Of a stretch of DNA of 64,000 nucleotides, positions 52,942 to 64,000 are shown piece by piece. Every line of letters begins with the position of its first letter. Position 1 is the stretch's first letter. A program made the position numbers and the translations under genes. The notes under the pieces are model-generated. The model was not told where the DNA came from and did not search any database. It saw nothing but the letters and a program-made list of their open reading frames with translations. The stretch comes from Octopus sinensis (taxonomy: Eukaryota). The DNA lies in the NCBI RefSeq assembly GCF_006345805.1, contig NC_042998.1, positions 185,628,001-185,692,000 on the forward strand, read 5' to 3'.

Positions 52942-53490
52942 CATCATCATCATTCATCATTGTTCGACCGTGGTCGAGACAATGGAATTTACCATGCTAT
53001 GCCAGACTTCACGGTCCATCATGGCATTACGGAGGTCCTGTTGCTGGATGCCTGTATCCCTGGAGATTACATCAGGGTAGGAGAGTGTGCGCCCTCTGGT
53101 ATTGCGAGTAGATGGCTTCCAGAGGAGAAGAGTAGAAATTACCTCTTTTTCAGCTCTACAACAATGTCCAGCAAACTGGACTCTCCTACCTTTCACAAGA
53201 GATGACACAGGTGGTAGTTTCCCATATATTTGCACTTTGGTTGGATGGCGCTTCCACAAGAGATTTTGAGCTCTCATAAGGAGGCGAGTGTAGGTTCCAT
53301 CCAACCGCCTCTCAAGCTTCTTTGATAACATCCAGGTTTCTGAGCCATATAGTAGAATTGGTTTGACTGTGGCTTTGAAGATTTCAAGTTTGAAGTCTCT
53401 ACTTAGATTTGATGACCAGATCTTATGCATGTCATTACAGGCTGACCAGGCCATACCCTTTCTAGTTAGAAAATCTTTTCCAGATGATGA
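52942..53490 (-). mobile_element. 5'-truncated RTE-like LINE (second family), (TGA)n tail
   Basis: ORF 52957..53454 IFKATVKPILLYGSETW...FAGHC...MMDREVW is a typical post-RT C-terminus. Confidence 0.85.
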
Positions 53491-54839
53491 TATGATATAT
53501 AGACTACATATGTTATTCCTCTCTGATACACAAATTTCTTATCTAACTCCAACCGGTTTCCACCATTCTAATGACACTATATTTCAATGTCCCTGTGATT
53601 ACATAGCATTAATTCTTTCTGTGGTTCAACTCTCTCATCTAAATGTTAGCAATTAAGACTTCCAAATACATTGGAATGCCTTTCCCCTTAGTTCATCTGT
53701 TGCCTCTACCATCTTTGCAAATTTCTGTAACAATCAGTTGACCATCTCTCTTCTTGCATTGATGACATCTTCTCTCTGAAGTCATTATCCTCAGTACCTC
53801 AATACATACAACTCCTCTCTTAAAATGTTTCTTCCACTACTGGAATAGAAGTTGATGTAGTCCTTGAACACTCTGCACTAGGAAGTCTTTACCCTTTAGG
53901 TTTTACATCAACACTCCAAATAATTTTGGCTTCTTTTTCTCCTCTAAACCCAACCCCTTGATCAGCATCACAGTTTATGCTTCTATTAAATTGTCTGATT
54001 GCCTAATTGCAGCAATATCTTCATCATCTTACTATATAATATTGTATTTGATGGTACATAAAATGCACTTTTTTTCCCCCCAAATCACCTTGAGTCCTAC
54101 ATGTGAAGTTGAGCCTTCCACAAGTTAATTTTGTTGCTGACACTTTTTTAATCTAATTTCTATCTAGTCTCTTCTACCTAGCTTGACTCCATAATAATAT
54201 TTTTTAAAAGCATTATTATTATTATTACTTATACTGTAATATAAGATTGCTCCATATATTACATGCTTTAATGCCCTATAAACATTTTTCTTGAATATGT
54301 GCTGATGAAACTGAGGTTTGTCTAATATGCCCAAGCATCTTTTATGCCATAAAATATAGGACATTTGCTTTGTAAATTATGTTTCACTTTGATGTAGCTA
54401 ATTGAGTAGCTTTTCACCAGTTCTAAGCATAGCAACCAATATACTTAACTCATAAGCTCTCTGAGAAAGCCAGTCAGGTAACCAAAATCCTTTTTCTGTG
54501 TACCTCTCTCCCCTGTCTTCACACAACCAAAGCCCATAGATCTGAATACTCTTAAGAATTTATTTGAGGCTGTACTGCAGTCTTGTAGGCAAATACTGGG
54601 AGGAAATAACCTATCTCTAACTTGGAAGTGGTCATCTAAGTAACATTTATAGTGACATCTGTGTAGGAAAAATTAGGAGTATTTATGGTTGGAAGTGACA
54701 GTGAAAAGGTTGTTTATGAACAAAAGGCAGAGTATGGAAGAATTAAGCAGAAGTTATATCCATGTTTAAAAATTATTTAATAATCCTTAGTATCATAGAA
54801 TCTATTGGTGTGAAATCACGACAGAATATTTATATTCTC

Positions 54840-54877
54840 TTAATATCTATGGCTCTCGGTACCACCATGACCAAATC
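54840..54877 (-). CDS. CRIP1: CRIP-type LIM protein, last coding exon
   Basis: Strong acceptor ttttcttttctttttttgcacag|, reads (G)FGHGGTESHRY*. Matches the CRIP C-terminus GFGRGGAESHTFK and splices in phase to the exon at 63970. Confidence 0.85.
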
Positions 54878-55488
54878 CTGTGCAAAAAAAGAAAAGAAAA
54901 ATATTGAGCATTTTATTTTTCATCAATAACTGAGATAAGAAACTTTTCTAAAAATACAAAGATCTATAACATGATTAAGGAATGGTTATGAGTTTTTAGC
55001 TTCATTGAGTCAGATAACTTGAAATATGTTTTGGACGAAATTATAGAATGTCTCACCACTGCTACCACAGTTGTTATTGTTTTATTTTATTTTATACATG
55101 AATATTGTCCCTTTTTATTTTGTATCATACAGTTTCACTCCTCTCACGATACATTCTGTATTTGTTGTCTTCAGTTGTGTTATTAATTCTACACTTCACA
55201 CAGTTTATCCTCAATGCTTGTTGTTGTGCCACACATATAAATACTTCTGTTTCTAATAGTTATTATTATTATTTAAAACAGTGAGCTGGCAAAATCATTA
55301 GCACACTGAGTGAAATGCTTAGCAGCTTTTCATCCATCTTCACTTTCTGAGTTAAAATTTCAATGAGATCATCTTTGCCTTTCATCCTTTTGGGGTTGAT
55401 AAATTAAATACCAGTGAAACACTGAGGTCAATGTAATTGACTAATCCCTTCCCACAAAATTTTAGACCTTGTGCCTATAGTAGAAAGG

Positions 55489-55489
<1 letters not shown>

Positions 55490-55567
<78 letters not shown>

Positions 55568-56055
55568 TTATTATTATTATTATTGAGTGAGAGAGCAGTG
55601 CATGCCATCAAAGTGACACTGGGGTTAAATATATGAAGCCCAGTATACCCATCATGACTATCCGTCTGATAAGGGTACACCAGGCACATGCATCACAACC
55701 ATATGTGCACGACATAGTGATATATCAAGATAAACAGCGCATGACCTTGCAGGTGGGGCCCAGTTAGAATTTTCTTCTGGTCGAGTAGCCCATTCTGCTC
55801 AAAAGGTCCCTGAATAAGGGTTGTTTAAGGATGTTGAACAAAATACCCATGTTTCCAAAGGTGAATTATCCAAACCTCTAAGAATTCCCTTCAACACATG
55901 GCTATGATGCTCCCCAACTATTTTGCTCATGATCAGAGATGCACATATCGTCAGCCACTAAGGGGCATGGTCAACTGGTTAAGGTCAAACAACTGACAAG
56001 CAAATCTGTGGTATTGAGCAGAATATTTCCTGTAACCTATCTTTTATACCAAGAC
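55490..56055 (-). mobile_element. Retroposon family I copy embedded in (TAT)n microsatellite
   Basis: Similar to 49462-49805; trinucleotide tracts on both sides. Confidence 0.7.
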
Positions 56056-56089
<34 letters not shown>

Positions 56090-57693
56090 GTTGTTGTTGC
56101 TGTTGTTGTTTAAGGTACCAAGCTGGCAGAATCATTAGTGCACTGGATGAAATGCTTAGTGGTATTTTGACTGTTGCTACGTTCTGAATTAAAAATCTGC
56201 TGAGGTCGACTTTGCCTTTCATACTTTCAGGGTCAATAAAATAAGTACCAGTTGAACAATGGGGTCAATTAAATCGATTCATTCTCTCCCCCAAATCTGC
56301 TGCCCTTGTGGCAAAATTTGAAACCATTATTATTATTATTGTTGTTGTTGTTTCACTACAACTATAGACATGTATTATGGTATCTGTAACCATAATATGA
56401 GCTGCTGGGTAAAGAAAGATAGGTAATTATGCATGAGCATATAAAAGAGTGGAAACACAGAGGTATCTCGGAGTGCTTTAAAAGCATTCTTCTTGATGAA
56501 GCACTGGAATACAGCTGTTGCTGAACCATATTTATTAATATAAATGTTTATAAAATAATTTTATATTATATATGGATAAGAACTCAGCAACTTAAAGCTG
56601 GTGCCTTGTGCAGAAACAAAATGTTGTAATTTGCAATTAATGCTTGATTTTTCCATCACCATGTTGTATAAATATTATATTATATTGTTACGGAATCACC
56701 CGGCGCCGCTCGCCCGAACGGGTAAGCTCGCCACGGAACCCAGAGAGAGGAGAGATACAATGACAACAACAGCAGCAGCAGCACAGAGGCAATCGAGAGA
56801 GACACAAAGAGGCAAGGCACAACTGGCTTACATTTAACACTAGTTTATATGACAATCAATTGTTACACATCAAATACATTTCAGATACATTTAAAAGAGG
56901 ACATGCACGTGACAACTCAATACATCATACGGGTATACCACAGATCAAAGCATTTAAAGGAAACAACAAATCAATACAGGTCAATGCATCAGCATTTCAA
57001 AGGTACACGTCCGAAGACACAGTTCTTTTTCAAATCACATCAACAGATAACGTTCACAGTTCTTTAAAGTCTTTTTCTACTTTCTTTTGTAATATGTATC
57101 AACACAATTCTGAACATAAATACCACAACTCGATAATCGACACATCAACAAGTCCTTTACTCAATTCACAATGTTCTTTTCACTGTTCATTTCGATTCCT
57201 TGTCCTTCTTTTTCTACACATATCAATACACAATTCACATACCTTAATTCCTAATTAGAATGGCCAGTGTCCCATATTGTAGTTCCTCTCTCCCAGTGCC
57301 GCTAGCTCCAACTTGCCAAACTCTTGCCCCGAATTCCCAACTGCTCGCTTTGACGACCGAATACCAACTGTCCCTCTATCACTACCCCTCAATCTGTCTC
57401 TACTGCTCATACCCTCTCTATCTGCTCTCAGCCCTAACTGCCTATCTCTATCGGCGCTGCTGCTGTCATTCTCTCATGACAGCTCTCAGATCCCTTACTC
57501 TATCTTTCTCACTGCTACGAGATTCTTCCTCGGCCCTCACATCTCTCTGACCCCTAATCGACCGCACAAGGCCAAAAGGTCCCTCCAAAAGCCATTACTC
57601 TTCCAGTAAACAAAGGGCTGTCGCTTTTTACTCCAGACCTGCAGGCGCCACTCCCACAAAGTGGGTCAAGAAATACTGCACTATATTAATCTT

Positions 57694-58117
57694 GGATCTT
57701 TTCGGTTTGAACAGCAGTTTTTTCTAGCGGTGTCATATGAAATTGTCACCCATAATTATGACCCTAGTATCGATCTATTGCCTTTCAATCTGTTTTAGGG
57801 TTAGGGTTAGTTAGAGTTAGGAGTGGGGGGAAGGGTATCTTTTTTCTGCAGAAATATAAATAAACCCAATCTGTTTCTTAAACGATGGACATACTCATAC
57901 GGCACAGAATGTTTTAACCTCAATAGACGTCATTGATCGGTTGAAATTGCAGAAATTGAAGAAAAAACAACAAATATCTTACAAACTATAGAATTTTATC
58001 AGTAAAGCCGAGAGAAAAAGATGTTTTATAAACACATTCTACCAGTATACGAAGTTTAAAAGTGTTTAGTTACGTGGAAATTATTTTAAAAAACTGTCGT
58101 TCAAATCGAAAAGATCC
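57694..58117. mobile_element. MITE family E (opposite orientation)
   Basis: TSD TTAATCT(T/G). Confidence 0.88.
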
Positions 58118-58401
58118 TTAATCTGGCAATCTTTCGTCTCTAGTAGACCTTATAACTCTCCCGTCTTTTTCTTACCATTTCACCATCGTCACATCAACAG
58201 AGACATTAAGGCTGCACAGTAGCAGTCGACAAGGCATGTATAACGATTAAATAAAAAAAATTTGCCGCCACCTAGCCGTAAGATGGTATATGGTAGCTGA
58301 TGATAATATAGTTGTTTTTAAATGAAAGTCATGAGGTTATCACCCCGATTGTATTCCGTCCGTCCGTGCATAGTCAAATCGAATAATCAAGTATTAGAAA
58401 G

Positions 58402-58781
58402 CCACCACGCTGTTAGGTTTATAAAACAATTGAAGTTCAGTTTAAAGTTTATAAATAAATACATTTCATTCCATGTTCTGTTTAAACTTTATAAATAAAT
58501 ATATTCTTGCATTATTCATTATTGTTTTTAAAAAAGAAATCACACCAAATCTGCACAAATGACCACCACCACCGCGATCACATACACCAATCATACACAC
58601 GTGTGTGTGTGTGTATATGTGGCTATATGTCTGACTAATGTGTGTGTGTCTGTATTTATTGTATGTGTGTATAAGTAGTTATATTCTTATATTATCCATT
58701 ATAGTAATATTTTTCTGTTGAAATCCGTTTTAAGGCGGTCAATAGTTTAATTAAAGATGTGTCTATACATGTATATATATA

Positions 58782-58852
<71 letters not shown>

Positions 58853-58985
58853 GTGTATACATATATATATATATACATGTGTATACATATATATATACAC
58901 ATGTGTATACATTACACATGAAATGTATTTATTTATAAACTTTAAACTGAACTTCAATTGTTTTATAAACCTAACAGCGTGGTGG
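58402..58985. repeat. Perfect 68-bp inverted repeat enclosing a microsatellite-rich spacer
   Basis: 58402-58469 is the exact reverse complement of 58918-58985. Confidence 0.9.
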
Positions 58986-59708
58986 TACGTAAATAAACGG
59001 CGTAAATTAACGAAGGTATAAACCTGACGGAAATACACGAAGTTGACTACTTTCACTTCTGACAACCAAAGGCATGACAGTGCCGAAATAACAATAACAA
59101 TCAACAGAGGACGGGCACATAGAACGTATTAGTTTGACACTCAGTAAAGAGAGGGAATTTTTAACGTTTTGCACATAGCTCTTCGGCAGAAAGGAAAACG
59201 GAAAAGTCCAGAGAAGGAAAAATATCACCAACAGCACATGTGTAGTTACATTGCTGAAGTGAAGTGGAAAAAGAAGGAGAGTGCAAAGATAACCCGTATG
59301 TGTGTGTGCGTATGTTACAGAGTTATTTCCCTTCCAAACTGCTTGGCTAAATCTGAAGTTTAATATTAGCTTCGAATTTTGACACAAGGCCAGCATTTCC
59401 AAGGGGAGGTAAGTTAATGTTACTTTGGGTGGCGCTGTGATCTGCAAGGGAGATTACTTTAGGTTACATTTTAGTTTCCTTTTCAATTTCTAAAAACCCA
59501 TAAAATGTTGGCTAAAGATTTCTACGATGTGATCAGCGATGAGACGAAGGCAGTTGCATTAGATCTTTTCCTTTTGAACGGCACATGTCAACACAATTTC
59601 TAGTTAACTAAACACTTTAAAACTTCGTATACTGGTAGAATGTGTCAAAATAAAACATTTTTTCTCTTGGCTTTCTTGAGAAAATTGCAATTTGTTTACT
59701 CTTTTATT

Positions 59709-59990
59709 TTACTCTTTTACTTGTTTCAGTCATTTGACTACGGCCATGCTGGAGCACCGCCTTTAATCGAGCAACCCGACCCCGGGACTTATTATTTTGT
59801 AAGCCCAGTACTTATTCTATCGGTCTCTTTTGCCGAACCGCTAAGTGACGGGGACATAAACACACCAGCATCGGTTGTCAAGCAATGCTACGGGGACAAA
59901 CACAGACGCACAAACACACACACGCATATATATATACATATATACGACGGGCTTCTTTCAGTTTCCGTCTACCAAATCCACTCACAAGGC
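59709..59990 (-). mobile_element. SINE family B (5'-truncated) inserted into a diverged MITE E copy
   Basis: Family B body; the flanks 59560-59700 and 59990-60120 resemble MITE E. Confidence 0.75.
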
Positions 59991-60573
59991 ATTAATGTAG
60001 TTTAATTTTTCGAATTTTAACCAATGAATCGCCTCTAGTGAGCTAAAATCATTTGCTGCATCTAAAACTGAGACAACATCTTGTCACTAACCCTAACCCT
60101 CACCCTCACCCTAACCCTAAATTTTAGCCTTTCGTCTTTTTTTCTTAATTGTTAAATTAATTTAAATGTCTGTAAAAGCTAGCATTCTTCCTGTTAGATT
60201 TTCAGCTGCTTGAACATCCCGAGACTACGAAATATGTGAAGTAGTTTTAGCTTCCCTTTTTGATGAATATATATCTCAGCCAGATCGCTTCCATCACAGT
60301 TTACTGGTCCGTTTGCTGCATTTTTGACTACGTGATTAATTTTCATCTGTAGGAACCCATCTAACCAACAACCAATAAAGACTGCCTGTACCGGTGGAGA
60401 TTTGTTAAGACGGGTGAAACGTGGAAGAGAGATAACAGCTGGTCTGAGTGCTCTCTACCCACAATGACTGACTCTGAAAAAAAAACTAAAAAAACTACAG
60501 CAACTCAGGGAAACTAAACCTGAACAACCTGCCATCCTCTACACACCATCATAAACTGCAAGCAGGGTACAAA

Positions 60574-63420
60574 TTGTTGTCCTTAAATGCTCGCAGTTTG
60601 TGCAACAAAATTCATTTGTTCAACGCCTACGTTGGAAGTATTGACCCTGACTTCATCACTGTCACGGAAACATGGGCGCATTCCTTACTCTGTGATGGGG
60701 TTTTCAACATCACTGGGTACAACCTCTTCCGCAAGGACCGCATAACCGCCGTGGTGGTGGTGGTGATGGTCTACGTTCGTTCAAATTTTTCAGTAATTCC
60801 TTGTGCCGATTTGAACGAATCACAAGAAGAAGTTTTTTTCTGTGATGTACGTATGACCATGTCAACACTCCTGCTTGGTGTTGTTTATCGTCCCCCAAAT
60901 TACCATCGGGACACACAGCTTTGCGATATCCTCCGAGCTGCTGCCAGGAAAACAGCCACTTATGTTTTCATTGCAGGCGATTTCAATCATCCTGAGATCA
61001 ATTGGGAAACCTTCCATTGGCCACAGAGTGCAAACGATTTTGTTGAGCTTGTACTGGACTCAAACTGGTCACAAGTAGTCACCTCTCCAACAAGAGGCGA
61101 CAACACCTTGGACCTGCTCTTCACCACAACTCCTGAAGCGGTTATCAATTGCACTACGGAGGAACCTCTAGGTGACTCTGATCATGCTATGATCATAGCC
61201 AATCTGGCTCTTGCGTGCAACAAAAACCTGAACCATCCCCAAACTGCTTCCTTCGATTGGAAGAGAGCAGATTGGAACCTGTACCACACTGAACTACAGC
61301 ACCCAAACTGGTGTGAATTCTACAACTCTGGAGATGTGAATACTATACTCCAGAGTATCCTGGACTCAATATGGGCAGCATGTGCAGCATCAGTGCCATG
61401 TAAACAGAAAAAGAAGAACCGCCCCAAAAGTGCAATTTGGGAAACTTCAGCGGTCCGACTTGCCAGGAAGGAACGTCGAACTGCTGAACGGGATTACAAG
61501 TTGCATAAATCAGACACCAACAGGAAGAAGCGGAATAAATCTTCCAACCATCTCAAGCAAGTGACAAAAAAAGCAGTGCTTGAATTTGAACAGTGCATAG
61601 CAGCCAATCCTGACAGCAAGGTTTTCTGGAAATATGTGCATTCGAAGCAGAGACCTCACTCTCCAGTGGGCCCTCTTCGCAACCCTCACACAAACCAGAT
61701 CACTGACGACCCCAAGGAATGCGCAGAACTCATTGCCGAGTGCTATGCAAACATATTCACTGTTGAAAGTCAAAATGTACCATCTTCACCATCTCTAACA
61801 GCAAATTCCATAACAACTATGGAATTTACATCTGCAATGCTGCGACGTCACCTTCAAAATAAGCGCAACTATGCCTCCCCTGGTCTCGATGGAGTTACAT
61901 ACCTGCTTCTCAAACATGGCAGGTACTTCCTTTTACACCAGCTCTCTACTTTCTTCCAGTACTTTCTCAACAATGGTGCTACTCCGGAACAGTGGAAAAC
62001 TGCCAGTGTCATTCCTCTGTTCAAGAAGGGCGACCGCACATCACCTGTCAACTATCGCCCAGTCAGTCTCACTAGCTGTATTGCAAAACTGATGGAATCG
62101 TGTGTCAGAGAAACACTTTGGAACTTCTGGAGCTCACACAGTCTCATCCGACCCTCACAATATGGATTTGTCCCTAACTCCAGCTGCAGTGATCAGCTTG
62201 TCGAGTTCCTTGAGGACATTACTCAGATCACTGACAGTGGCTCATGGGTGGATGTTGTCTACCTTGACTTTGCTAAGGCTTTCAACTCTGTGCCACACAA
62301 AAGGCTTATGGTGAAACTCTCTGCAATGGGTGTGGGGGATGACCTTTTTAACTGGTTGAAATCCTTCATTCTCAACCGAAAGGAGGTAGTCACAGTTCTA
62401 GGACAGCATTCTACACCATATGAGATGACATCGGGTGTACCACAGGGATCTGTCCTTGGTCCCCTCTTGTTTGTGGCATACATTAATGACATAGATGCAA
62501 ATTTAAAGAATGCCACAGTATTAAAATATGCAGACGACATCAAGCTGTACCTTGAAATCAAGAGGACAGATCCTGTTGTCTACAGCTCTTTCCTGCAATC
62601 AGACCTGGACACAATGCAGCAATGGATCACAGACTGGCTAACTGAAACTGGCTGTGGACAAGTGTACCACCATGCATTTTGGGAGAAAAAACCCTGCGTC
62701 CACATACTCCCTCCACAACACTGATATCAAGAAATCCTCTTGCGAGCGTGACCTAGGCATCACTGTCAGCAGTGATTTGCGTTGGACAAAGCATATCTCT
62801 AAAATTGTCAAGAAGGCCGAGGGTGTCTTGGCATCACTCAGCAAGACTTTTGTTAGCCGCTCTCCAGCCATCTATTTAAAACTGTATACAGCTATGGTAC
62901 GACCACACTTGGAATTCGCATCATCAGTTTGGAACCCCTATCTTGCTCAGAACATTGACCTCCTGGAATCTGTTCAGAGACGTGCAACAAAACGCATACC
63001 CTCCATCAGACACCTACCATATTCTGAGCGCCTTGTTTCCTGGGCATGGATTCACTGAAGCTCCGGCGTCTGGCGACGGACTTGGTAAACGCCCACAAAG
63101 TTGTCAACCACCACCTCACCAATAACAACACTGAACACCTTTTTGATCTCCATGTGTCTAACACACGTGGACATGCCTACAAAGTCAGAAAACAACACAG
63201 CTCCCATGACTTTCGGAAACATTTCTTCACACTCAGAGTTGCTGAAGCATGGAATAAACTGCCTGCGTCAGTTGTTGACTGCCATGACTCTGCATCCTTT
63301 AAGGCCCTCATGCTTTCCGAAATCCGTCGAAACTACACCTGATTATATATACACTTTCGATGAGTTGTAGTGCACCTGAGCACTGTACACAATGTTTATT
63401 ATTATTATTATTATTATTAT
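60574..63420 (+). mobile_element. Near-complete CR1-like LINE ORF2 (APE + RT) in the CRIP intron, antisense; frameshifted
   Basis: SLNARSL, ITVTETW, GDFN, LGDSDH, YRPVSLTS, YLDFAKAF, GVPQGSVLGP and YADD motifs; frameshifts near 62640 and 63040; C-terminus RGHAYK...WNKLP; (ATT)n tail. Confidence 0.95.
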
Positions 63421-63830
63421 TTACTTAGATATCAATTCATGAGTGATACATGAAAGATCAGAAACATGTTTTGCGTGTGTGTGAAACTTGACGTAAAGTA
63501 CTAGTGAATCATCTTCCATTTACTCATCAATATAAACCCTACTGAATGCAGTGAGTGCCCTTTCGCCTGCAGTCATATGTCCACACAAGCGCGCGCATGT
63601 ATGAACTGTTACAGCTAGCGTTTCAACCTCAGATCATTACCAAGAGCACTTAATGACGTGAGATCCTATCATGTATTATGTTAATTTAGTAATTTTAAAA
63701 CTTCAAAAATTTATACTATTTTCGGCTATTTTTTTATATTTAATATTACCTACTCTTTTTTTAAAAAAAAAGTATGGTAAAAAATCAGATTACTGAGAAA
63801 CAGCCTTTTATATTGTTTAACCTTCAACTT

Positions 63831-63832
<2 letters not shown>

Positions 63833-63911
<79 letters not shown>
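63833..63911. repeat. (TATC)n microsatellite
   Basis: About 20 perfect units next to the CRIP donor site. Confidence 0.95.
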
Positions 63912-63969
63912 AGTCTGTCTGCTTGTCGGTCTGTCTGAAAGTCTTTAAATACACTTAAGACTGTCTTAC

Positions 63970-64000
63970 CTTTTGCTCCAAATAGAGCTGCGTAGCATGG
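63970..64000 (-). CDS. CRIP1: CRIP-type LIM protein, penultimate coding exon (truncated by window edge)
   Basis: PCYAALFGAK(G)|gtaaga is the end of the CRIP LIM domain (PCYAAMFGPKG in vertebrates). Confidence 0.8.

Noticed and set aside
51375-53665. Two diverged ~150-bp direct repeats (about 51375-51530 and 53507-53665)
   Set aside because: They look like old fragments of one LINE RT region (degenerate YADD area), not a functional duplication.
56478-56535. Hammerhead-like ttgatgaagca...tgctgaacc
   Set aside because: Core boxes (CUGANGA, GAAA) are not intact and no stem III can be formed.
59007-59023. Alternative CRIP terminal exon (G)LYLR*
   Set aside because: Only an acceptor-like sequence supports it; the 54877 exon matches the family C-terminus far better.
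60088-60120. Interstitial telomere
   Set aside because: The short CCCTAA tract is an internal part of MITE family E.

Overview
AT-rich, repeat-dense eukaryotic genomic DNA. The SINE/LINE repertoire and microsatellites suggest an octopus or other coleoid cephalopod (inference). Three spliced protein-coding genes can be reconstructed by hand: (1) the 3' part of DAXX on + (3 exons, 1180-10281, ending in the SUMO-interacting motif EVIVLSDSD); (2) a complete cyclin K (CCNK) CDS on - (8 coding exons, 40071-24040, about 670 aa) whose first coding intron is a U12 (minor spliceosome) intron; (3) the last two exons of a CRIP-type LIM protein on - (64000-63970 and 54877-54840). The rest is mostly mobile DNA: several tRNA-derived SINE families, RTE and CR1-like LINEs, Tc1, pogo/Tigger and Merlin transposase relics, piggyBac-type and probable Merlin-type MITEs, and a small Helitron. 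The most notable non-coding finding is a 559-bp tandem duplication embedded in (TA)n (about 20580-21665). Each unit carries a complete type I hammerhead ribozyme with a palindromic stem III on the - strand, the architecture of Penelope-associated/retrozyme repeats that can release unit-length self-cleaved or circular RNA. All calls come from manual reading; none was checked against databases.
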